Source: Callorhinchus milii (Eukaryota). From it: 64,000 nt of DNA. The translations under genes and the position numbers were made by a program. The number at the start of each line of letters is the position of its first letter. The first letter of the stretch is position 1. Positions 1 through 10,210 of this stretch are shown here, piece after piece. The stretch is from contig NW_024704742.1 in NCBI RefSeq assembly GCF_018977255.1, positions 55,616,001-55,680,000 of the forward strand, given 5' to 3'. The notes beneath the pieces are model-generated. The model saw only the letters and a list, made by a program, of their open reading frames with translations. It searched no databases and was not told the DNA's origin.

Positions 1-199
1 CCAAAAGTAATTGAGCAGTTTAAATGGTGCTGTAGGTTAATGCCTTTTAGGCTTGTATAGTGAAAGAGGTCAAAGGGTTTTTTAAACTGTAGACGTGAAT
101 GAAATGAATGAAAGTGATAAAATTAATAATGAACCATGTGATGAAATGCTTACAATACAGCAGTTAACTCTTTCATAACTGGAACAGTTTGTGGCTCCT

Positions 200-312
200 G
201 GTGGGACATTGCCGTGGGCAAATTGGCTGCCGTATTCACCTACAAAATGTACAGTTTACACAGTAACATCCATGAAATTCTTTGAGATGTCCTCTCAATG
301 TATGTGAATGTG
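200..312 (+). mobile_element. SINE 3' fragment (shared Deu-SINE/tRNA-SINE tail)
   Basis: gtgggacattgccgtgggcaaattggctgcc...tttgagatgtcctc matches the SINE 3' region repeated throughout the window. Confidence 0.7.
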
Positions 313-317
313 ACATT

Positions 318-390
318 AGTCCTTTAGCGTATTGGTTATAGTACTCGCCTAGTAAGCGAGAGGACCCAGGTTCGATTCCTGGGCAAAACC
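318..390 (+). mobile_element. tRNA-derived SINE head fragment
   Basis: A-box-like tagcgtattggtt, stem ctcgc/gcgag, B box ggttcgattcc; aligns to the SINE head at 1652. Confidence 0.7.
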
Positions 391-984
391 TCCAATCTGC
401 ACAATTTTGTGTTGTAGATTCACACCAGCTGGACACTGCATCTATGTTAGTGTTTCTGCACAACAGGTTTCAGGAAAGAGGAGGTAGGCAGTGTTTCGTT
501 TTCTCCAGGCTATGTTTCAGTGTTTGTCTATCGGAATGATATGTTTGGAAATGCTGTTGTAATGCAATGTGCCAGCAGGTTTCATTTAATATTTGAGATA
601 ATTGGGTATTTGGCAGGCACAATGCAGTTATTTTATCATCGTGGGGGATGGGAGGGGGGAATCTATTGAGTCCCTTCATCATTATGGCATCTCTAGCACG
701 ATTCAAGTGATGAGAAAAATAAGTGACAAGTAAAGACCTAACTAGCTTAACTGCACAGTGAGGAGACAGACAGATGAGGAGGCAGCAGCCATACATATAC
801 ACACAAAATACTAGATGAGCCAGTCTATCCTATACTCAAACACTCCACTTTAACAGTAACATCATCCTAGTTTAATACAGTTGAAACATTAGCTATAATA
901 ACAACCTTGAATATAGAGTGACCCCCATTATAACATAATGTTTTGAATCCATAAAATCAATCCCCCACCATGTGATATAAATAT

Positions 985-1387
985 AATAATAATCCTTATA
1001 TTTGGAATAGTGCCTTTCACATTGGGAGGACTTCTCAAAACATTTCAAATGATATACCACAAAGTGTAGTCACTATGTGTTTTGTGGGCAGCCAATTTGT
1101 GCACAGCAAAATCCTACAAACAGCCATCACGTTGAATAGCCAATTTTATTTGGGAGATCGTTGGCAAGGACACCGGGAGAAATTCCCTTCTCTTTTTGAG
1201 TAGTGTCATAGGATTTTTAACATCCACCTGAACGTGCAAACTGAGCTTTGGTTTAACATCTCATCCGAAGGACGGTGCCTCCAACACTGTATTGGAGTGT
1301 CAGCATAGACTATATCAATAACTGACATGGGCTTGAACCCACAACCTTCTGAATCTGAGGTGAGAGTGCTCCCAACTGAACCAGGCC
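985..1387 (-). mobile_element. Deu-domain SINE (SacSINE1/AmnSINE1-like), near full length
   Basis: Minus strand: tRNA-like head (cctggttcagttgggagcactctcacc...gggttcaagccc), Deu-like core (ggatgagatgttaaacc...caggtggatgttaaaaatcc), L2-like tail ending in (ATT)n. Confidence 0.8.
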
Positions 1388-1651
1388 GACTCAATGCTGC
1401 CAACTGTGCCATACTGGCACCTTCCAACTGAGTCAGGTTGATACACAAAATAGCAGCAGGTCAGTGCTTGTGGATGGTTATGATGTCATATCCACTTTGC
1501 ACAGAGCATGGAGGAAGCCATAATCCAACAACATCGTCTTGCTTTTATACAGCGCCCCTCACACGTCGCAGAACGCTTGTGACTGTTTATAGTCATTGCT
1601 GGGAAACTGCTGGAAGGTAAGAGGCCTTCTGCCCCAATACGCTAAGTACGC

Positions 1652-1978
1652 GGAGTCCTGTAGCTCAGTGGTTAGAGCACTCGCTTTGCAAGCGAGAGAC
1701 CTGAGTTCAATTCCAGGCAGGTCAGGGCGAAACCTTGGGCAGGTTTCCTTACTCCACACGCCTAATAATAATCCCTCCAAAAACCAAAACCAATAATTAA
1801 ATTGGTCATTTTCAATCTACGACTGTTTGTGGGACATTGCTGTGCGCAATTGGCTGCCGCGTTCGCCCACAAATATACAGTCAATTCACTTTACAGTGTG
1901 TTCTGTGAAGCGCTTTGGGACGTCCTCCCGACGTGAAAAGCGCTATATCAAATGCAAGGATTATTATTATTATTATTA
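1652..1978 (+). mobile_element. Young tRNA-Ala-derived SINE, short form
   Basis: ggagtcctgtagctcagtggttagagc (A box), stem-loop ctcgc-tttgcaa-gcgag (TGC anticodon), gagttcaattcc (B box), tail tgaaaagcgctatatcaaatgcaagg(att)n; four further near-identical copies in the window. Confidence 0.95.
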
Positions 1979-2834
1979 CAGGAAGTCAGGCGGTCAGCAG
2001 CAGAGTCATAATAACTTTCCACACTTTATTATAATATTGGCCTATATACCCTTAGTGCACACACAAAATATTTTACACAATATAATGCACACAAGACCTG
2101 AACTCATTCATTCCCATTTAAAAATGCAAAGAAGCCATTCAGATGACAATTGCTAAGGAATCATATGGAAAAATTAATACATATATACCCACTAATAATA
2201 ACCTTACTGCTTCTGGCAAAACTAGCTACTCCACTGAATATTTTCCTGAAAATACAGCACCAGGTTTTCAAGCAGCTAAGATCTGAAAATGCCAGGTGCA
2301 GCTACTTGCCATCATACAATAATTGCTAGAGTTCAATAATTGCACATTATTTGTTCTGTAATCTGGCTGTTGTTATGTTTGAACAGGACCTAAAGATTAT
2401 AGCCAACTGGAGAATACAAGCTAATTGCTGTGTTGCAGAGATATTTAAAGAAAAGTCTTTTCAGAAGTCATGTACTAAGCTCCTCGCGTTTCGTTTCTGT
2501 GATTGATTCCAAGAACAGTTTTGACTCATGTTCTACTTTGACGCATAATCCATTTTACATTCTCAAACATTTATTTCATTCCAATCTTCAGTTTTTTTTT
2601 ATTTCCTACCCCGTATTGCTTTCCGCTCCCCACTGTTCTGCTCAGCATTCAGAGTAAGGTGTAAAGAGATTGCATTGTCTACAGTGGAAACATAATAAGC
2701 AGAAAGGAACAAATATGAATTATTTTCATGTCAAGCTTTGAGGCCCTATCTTCTCACCTTTGCAGTACAGACAGTTTTCGTTTCCTCCAAAGCTATTTCA
2801 ATGACAAAATATATTTGATAAGTGCCTTAATGAT

Positions 2835-3015
2835 TTATTGAGTAAAGACCTTATCTGGGTTCAAATCCTGGTGTGTCCTGAGTTAAATGATCTGACCTGT
2901 GGCAGCAGTTGAGATGCTCCAATTGTCTTTTATACTTCTAGCTCAGGGAATGGGAAACAAATCAGCCAGGGCTCCTCCTCCTCATTGCAATGCTGTAACA
3001 TTCACTTGTGTAGAC
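2835..3015 (+). mobile_element. Old tRNA-type SINE fragment, separate family
   Basis: gggttcaaatcctggtgtgtcctgagttaaatgatctga...aatcagccagggctcct; related degraded pieces near 8625-8765 (-) and 20580-20690 (+). Confidence 0.5.
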
Positions 3016-3529
3016 ACTGGCCTAAAATTCCACCTAGTCTTAACCTGTAAGATAATTTTGGCTTAAAATTTAAGATTGTACAGATTTGTGGAAAATTCTT
3101 AAATTCAGTCGCAATTCAGAAGCTAGTTCTTTTTAAGAACTGTGGAAAAAACATCTTAAGGCAGAATTTGCAGATTTTGAGCAGTCTTAAATATTTAGGC
3201 AAAACAGTCCCACAGACTAAGATTTGATGGGGTTTGGGGTCACTCAGGTAAGCACTCTTGCAACAGCGTGACAACATTCACTGTCAATGCTCATAACATA
3301 ATCATTTGATATTGGCTCAGAGAATCAAAGAGGAGTCAGGAAGAGGCTCCAGGAAAAGGGGTGAGTGGAGAAAAATTCTACCTGGGCCTAAACTCACTCT
3401 ATTTAGCATTTTCAGATATTCCAGAATCTGGCAAATTGTTGAATTCAGTCTTTCAAGTTGTTTTTTGGTTGTCTTTAAAACCTTTCAGAAAAGCAGTTCC
3501 AAAATTAATATTAATAGTAATAATAATCT

Positions 3530-3862
3530 TTGCATTTAATTTCCGATGATGTCATTGGAGCGTCTCAAAGAGCTTCACAGGATTTGTGTCCCGTAAATGT
3601 CCCATACACAACTATGAACTGAATGAATAGTTTTATCTGGGGGATTGTTGGCCAGGCCTTCTCTTTTCAAACTGTACCATGGAGTCTTTAATGTCCACTT
3701 GAACAGGCAGACAGGACCTTGGTTTAATGCCTCATCCAAAGGACAGCATCTCTGACAATGCAGCGCACCACTTATCATTGCACTGGAGGGTAGGCCTAGA
3801 TTATCAGTCCACAACCCTGTAGCTCAGAGGCAAGGCAAGGCTGACACCTGAGCTAGACTGAC
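3530..3862 (-). mobile_element. Deu-domain SINE, degraded
   Basis: ccatggagtctttaatgtccacttgaacaggcagac...cctcatccaaaggacagcatc is the reverse Deu-like core. Confidence 0.75.
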
Positions 3863-4253
3863 ACCCAAGGCTTTATTTTAAATTAAGATTTTATTCAGGA
3901 AATTCTGGACGTTGTAAAATGCTACATAAATAGAAGACTCGGATAGAATTTCTCCGCAGAGGAGAGGAAAAATGTAAGAAAATATTGGCAATAGAAACAT
4001 TGAAGGAATTGGGTTGATTGAGAATGAGTACGCTGAGTCCATCACACCATGAAGAGTTAAAGCAAATCCACATGACCTACAATAGTGTAAATATAATTTT
4101 CCACCAGCTTTTGTTATAGGATTAAAAATATTGCCAGTCAACACCTTATCATGACTGAAAGCAAATTATTTATTATTTCACTTAGATAAAAAAACTTCAT
4201 ATTGAGAACACGAATATGTAATTATGAGTTAGCAGATGAGTCCAATTACCATA

Positions 4254-4830
4254 AAACAACAACAACTTGGATTTATATAGCGCCCTCCACGCCGGACGGC
4301 CCCTCAGAGTGCTTTACAGTTTAGGATCCTGGGACCGAGCCAGGGGGAGGAGGGGGAAGGTGACCGAAGGCGCGGTCGAAAAGAAAGGTCCTCAGCAGAG
4401 ACCTGAAAATGGGAAGGGAGGGAATGAGATGAAGGGAGTGAGGAAGGCAGTTCCAGAGCCTTAGGGTATAGTGGCTGAAGGCACGGCCGCCGAGGGTGGA
4501 GCGGAGGACTCAGAGGACGAGGAGGAGGCCAGACCCAGAGGAACAAAGGCAACGGGTACTGTTTTGAGGAGAGATGAGGTCAGAGAGTAGGGGGTGCAGA
4601 GGAGTGCAGGGACTTGAATATGAGATCATGAAATCGATCCTCTCTGGGATAGGCAGCCAGTGCAGTCTGGCAAGGACTGGGATGATCGGGGAATGGAGTT
4701 TTATGCGGGTGAGAATGCTGGCGGCAGAGTTCTGAATGAGTTGGATTTTATGGATGGTAGTGGATGGAAGACCGGCGAGGAGGGCTTTGGAGTAGTCCAG
4801 CCGAGAGGTGACAAAGGCATGGACCAGGGT
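4254..4830 (-). mobile_element. L2 LINE 3' fragment
   Basis: (CAA)n-ttggatttatatagcgccc tail; reverse strand carries L2 ORF2 C-terminal motifs (IQNSAA, LHWLP). Confidence 0.9.
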
Positions 4831-5414
4831 TACCTGTTTAGAAATAAATAAATACTGACACAGCGCCCTGATGAATGCTATATCTGATTAAATATTGGAT
4901 ATAAGAAGCTGATTGGTCTATTTTCCAATATTTCTTGATGGATTTCTTAATTAATAAACCTGGAGGTCTATGATGCTAACTCATATCAATGTCTCTATAG
5001 CTCAGTCTATTTTCAGAGTATGATTCCTTTCAGTTGGAATGTCTCTACTTCAACTTCTGTAGTCCTGACCAACAACCCCTTCCCACCAATAAGATTTCGT
5101 ATTTCACTTCATGACTATTTGTGGAATATTGCTATGTGCAAATTGTTTGCTGCATCTGTGTACAAAATGCACTGTCACTAATGACACTAATAACAAAACA
5201 CAATAAGAAATTCTACATTCTGAAGTAGGTTGTTCAATCCAACAGACCCTAACAACTGATTTAGGTTTTGGGATTGAATTAGCAATCTGATTGAAACCAG
5301 TTAAATAAAAAATCCACTGACTCAGCAAGATGTGTGCAGAACTTGTGCACAACATGTACAGGATTATTGGAATTTTACTTCAGTAATTTTAATACAGCAC
5401 TTCAATACTTGATG

Positions 5415-5612
5415 TTGGCTTAGCCTCCTTCAAGACCTGCCTCAAAACCCTCCTCTTCGATCATGCCGTTGGTTACCCCTCTTCCCCTCCCCTCCCTTCG
5501 CCACCCCTGACCCCAGCTCAGGGCTGAAATGCTGTACACTGCCCAGCGCCTTGGAACGTTCTCCCGATGTGAAAGGAGCTATACAAATATAATTTTATTG
5601 TTGTTGTTGTTG
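5415..5612 (+). mobile_element. L2 LINE 3' end
   Basis: ccttcaagacctgcctcaaaaccctcctcttcg...gtgaaaggagctatacaaatat...(ttg)n. Confidence 0.85.
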
Positions 5613-7039
5613 GTTACAATACACGGACGTTTATTCTTCAATACACTTTACTAGACCCGTGTTGATGGTTATAATATATGGCAATTAAAAATGACACATA
5701 TGGACTGTTATTGTGTCTTATCGAAACCATAGACCTGGCCATGTAAAGGGTTAAACTGGTTCTTTAGCAAATTTATCTGTGGATAATGATGACAGTCTAG
5801 GGTGACCGAGGTCAGGTTTATTTCCGTCTGGGTAGACTGGAGATTCCCAGAGCCAGTGGGAACGTGGTGGAGAGTGGGAAATTTGAGCCATCGCACTGTG
5901 CGAAATGCAATTGTGTGGGATCATAGGAACCATAGTTCAGAGTTAATTATGCAGGAAGCATCAGCTTGAATGATTCATCAATTTAACCTACCCATACATG
6001 ATAAGAGTGTTATAAAAGTTATCCTGTGATTATAAAAGTTTTAAATAGAGTTATTCGACTCATATACTCATAATTTCAGTCCATATTACCCGCATCGTGG
6101 AGCCTGGTAGTCTGCAATAGGTTGGGCTCAGCAAATAATTGCACATAATCAAACTTGCTCACAAATATCCTGACCATTGTAAAGGAATTGGTACATCAGG
6201 GTGAGATGCAAATCAGTTAAGCTGCACTTAGTTGTAATGCCTTGATTAAGTACAGTAAACATTAAGCCGTGAACATCTTTTCTGTGCACTGTGACTCAAG
6301 TGAAGAAAATTGTAAACACGCACATAAATAAATAAGCAGTTCACTGCGTGCATGCAAGCAAATGTGTTGTACTTCATATTCTTGAGACAGCTTTAGAGGT
6401 ACAAATGTGCACCATAGAGTTATTGCACAACTTGATTACTTAACAAGTGGTTCATAGGTTATCATTGTTTCATAGTTAGAAATAAGATTCCATAAGACAG
6501 GAAGATTTTTCATTGTGTGAGTAATGCAGGATCAGATTATTTTTTTACTGAAGACAATATAAGCTATTAAACCAGTTTATTAGAGGTGGAGACCACGGAG
6601 CATTAATACATTGTACTTCCGACCTTTGCTCTACATTCAGTTTAAGGTTTTCTATTTTTACCTTTTTTGCCAGTAGGGTTTCAGGGAGAATGAATGTAGT
6701 TGGTCCACTCTGGTTTGTATAGCACAACTATTGTACTACAGGATTGGATTAGGAATGACATTGGGACTTATTTCACTGTCTGATATGAAGAATATTTAAA
6801 GCTTTTTTCCCTAATTATGATTCCTCTTCCCCCTCTTACCACTTCTCTCCTGTAGATGGTGACACATACTGGACTGGGTTTCATATCTTGCAGTACAAGG
6901 TCTAAGTGGACAGTTTTTATTTCTTTGCCTTGACTAGAGTGATATTTATTATTATTATTATATTATTATATTTGGGGCATTTCATTATGCATACAGTGTG
7001 ATAGATAATTGTGCATTTCCAAAGAATGAAATACAAGTG

Positions 7040-7470
7040 TGTTAGCCTGGCTAAGTTCTCTTGCCTCTGAGACAGAAGATTGTGAGTTGAATCCCCATGT
7101 CGAGACTTTCGACTTATATAATCGAGGCTGACACTCCAATGCAGCGATGTGGGCATTCTACATTGTTGGAGGGAGGTGCTGTCCTTTGGATGAAATGTTA
7201 AACAGAGGTCCCATCTGCCTGTTCAGGTGGACATTAGAGATCCCATAACCATTTGCAGAGAAGGGAATTTCTGCCTGTGTGTTGGCCATCAATCCACCAA
7301 ATAAAAACAATGGTCTTTCAAATCATGGCTGTTTGCGGGACATTGCTGTATGCCAATTGTCTTCTGTGTTCACCTAAAAGATACACAGTCACTACACTTG
7401 ACAGTATATCCTATAAAGTGGTTTGAGGCATGTCATCGACATGATAAGGCGTTACATCAAATATAACGAT
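7040..7470 (+). mobile_element. Deu-domain SINE, near full length
   Basis: tRNA-like head ttagcctggct...gagttgaatcccc, core ggatgaaatgttaaacagaggtcccatctgcctgttcaggtggac, SINE tail. Confidence 0.8.
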
Positions 7471-7862
7471 TATAAGTAAACACTTTCCCCTGACTTCCAC
7501 ATATTGGATGCAGCCTCCACTTGTTCCTTTGAATCACATAATTACTCCTGAGGATTTTTCTGCTTCAGTGCTGTTCCTGGTAACAGTGTTTAACAGCTGA
7601 ATGCAGCTAGAGCAAGCTCTTGACTTAGTTCAGTTGGTATCCTGTAAAACAGAAATCAAGCACCAATTCCCGAGCCAACACTAAAGTCACTCAGGTATTG
7701 TGTCACCAAGTCCAAAGTGTCAGCATTTTATATTCACAGGGTGCATCCAATGCCACACTTTATTCAAAAGGATACTTCTAATTTGCTTAAGTGGCATGGG
7801 GTAAGTATTTACTTATAGAACCATTGTTTAGGAATTTGTCTACAAAATATACTTATTTTTTG

Positions 7863-8118
7863 TTCAGTCAGGTGTTTGACACACCGCGGAAAACAATTAC
7901 CGTGCTTAAGAGTATCCAAATCAAACTGAAATTTATATTCATCCCACCTACACATGGAAATTCCTGTGTTTTAAAATGGAATGTGGATTCTTTCCGGGGA
8001 GGGATGCATCCTGCTTACATAATTCTGGAGAGTATTAGGCTCAGGCTGGCAGGTGTGTGCTTGGGGATCCTGGAGTATGCGTTAAAGAAATGCTGGTGTT
8101 TAACCAGCTAAAACTGCA
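7863..8118 (-). repeat. Unclassified repeat family X, truncated copy
   Basis: Aligns to 62995-63250, 41460-41715 and the reverse of 26310-26566 (ccgtgcttaagagtatccaaa; cccacctacacatggaaattcc; cctgcttac...tattaggc). Confidence 0.8.
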
Positions 8119-8239
8119 CACAAAATACACAGTCACTACACTTTACAGTATGTGCTGTAAAGAACTTTGAGATCTGCCATCTGAGTTATATGGACATTTG
8201 TTTCTTCGTGGCATCTATGTGTATATATTTACACCAATT

Positions 8240-8608
8240 TGGAGTCCTGTAGCTCAGTGTTTAGAGCGCTCGCCTCGCAAGTGAGAGACTTGGGTTTGAT
8301 TCCTGGCATGGAAAACTTTGGGCAAGTTTCCTTACTCCACATATCTAGCAGTAAGTAGGAATCCGGTTGTTAGTCGATTGGTGGATCACTTCTCCGGGGG
8401 TAATAATTCCTTCAAAAACATTAAATAATATAAATTGGTCACTCAATCCACAACTGTTTGTGGGACACTGCTGTGTGCAACTGGCTGCCACGTTTTGCCC
8501 ACAAAATATAGAGTCAATTCAATTGACAGTATATTCTGTGAAGGGCTTTGAGATGTCTTGAAGATGTGACAAGATGCTATATCAAATGCAAGTGTTATTA
8601 TTATTATT
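8240..8608 (+). mobile_element. tRNA-Ala-derived SINE, long form
   Basis: Same head and tail as the 1652 copy plus internal segment agcagtaagtagggaatccggttgttagtcgattgg; loop ctcgcaa (CGC). Confidence 0.9.
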
Positions 8609-8839
8609 GATCAATATAAATATTCCCTAGTCCAGGGATGCTGAAGCCAATTGTTGTTCTCTTGTGGTCTCAGGATGGGATCAGTTAAGGCTCAGACCTG
8701 GGGCCTCCTTTGTCTGTATTGTCTATAATGTCTCGCTGTGACTGTGGCTCACTGAGCCATGGAATGTGCGGGAGACGGAAGGAATAATAATGTCTTGAAT
8801 TGTTGAGGGATTTTTTGGATCTAATTATGTTATCTAATT

Positions 8840-9170
8840 AGTCTAAGATGACATTCAATGCAGCGTATTGTCAGAAGTGCCGTCCTTTGGATGAGATGTT
8901 AAACTGAGGTCCCATCTGCCTCCTCAGGCTGATGTTAAAGATCCCACGGCACTATTTGCATAGAATTGAGTTTCTCCCGGTGTCCTGGCCAAAAATCACC
9001 CAAATAAAAATTGTCATTCTGTTTGTGGGACATTGCTGTGAGCAATTGGCTGCCATGTTTCACCCACAAAATACACAATGAACTTTACATTATTTCCTGT
9101 GAAGCACTTTGAGGCATCTCGACTGATAAGGTGACAAGGTGCTAAATCAAATGCAAGGATTATTATTATT
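8840..9170 (+). mobile_element. Deu-domain SINE, 5'-truncated
   Basis: ggatgagatgttaaactgaggtcccatctgcctcctcagg...caaatgcaaggattattatt. Confidence 0.85.
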
Positions 9171-10210
9171 CAATACAATATTTTGGGATATGTAGATAAA
9201 TAAAGCAAAATTGCTCATCAGTTGTTTCAAAAATAATTAATATTTGTTTTCTCTTATAGAACATGCACAAAAGAATGGCATGTTTTTTGCAAGTGCAGTC
9301 CTAAAAATACTTTGCCAGACCAGAAGTAGTGGGTATCAGTTACAGTTATTCAATCAGAATTCAGGTCAATGATCAAGTGCAGTTAGTGAGCTAGAGTAAA
9401 GGAGATTGCAACTGTTCAGATTCTGCATGCCCTGAAGAAAGGGATAGCCTCTGAGTAGGAGAGGAGTTAGAAAGATTTCCTGCTGATCAGCTGCCTGGCT
9501 ATCATCAGGGGGTCTTACATTCAATGTTGCCCTCACTTGAGTCATTCTTCAATGCAGTGAGAAGATCCAGCTGTTACCCATCGTATTGCCATTGACAGAT
9601 CACAGCTAGTCCTGCTGACTACATTGTGGAAGAGATGCACTGCAGACAAGCCTCCTGTAATTATGTATCTGAGTACAGAAGTCAAACAGAGCGCTGCTCC
9701 CTCATACCTCCTATGTTGATTAGTAAAGAAAAGGAAAAATACACAGTTGATCAGTAAATAAAAACAGTTTTAAATCATATCAGCTTTGTATCACTTTGTC
9801 CTAATGCTTTTGGATTCTCCAGGGTTCTTCGAGCATGAGCAATAAATCCTGGTCATGCTGGAAGCGATGAATAAAAAAAAAGTAGTCTGTTGTTCTGGAC
9901 ACATATACATCTTCAGGTCTTCTTCCTACTCCAGTTTAACTCCAAGCTTTTGGGATAAAATATCCCTCCAAATTTAAGAGGAATCGAAAACAATACTTTA
10001 GGTTATGTGTTCATTGAGGAACAATTAAAAAATCTTACCAGAAGGCCTTAATTCTTACAACGCCAGGGGATATTCTTACAATTTGGAGATAAATAAAGAT
10101 TTCTGGAGAAGATAATACTTGTGTTAGAACTGAGAAAGATATATAAATTCAGTGTAGCATTTGCACATTATTTTCATGGGAAAGGCTTATTACCAGTTAC
10201 AATGGTGATT

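Noticed and set aside
1652..1725. tRNA-Ala gene
   Set aside because: A/B boxes and the anticodon arm are present, but the acceptor stem is not cleanly formed and it continues into a SINE body repeated eight times; it is a SINE head.
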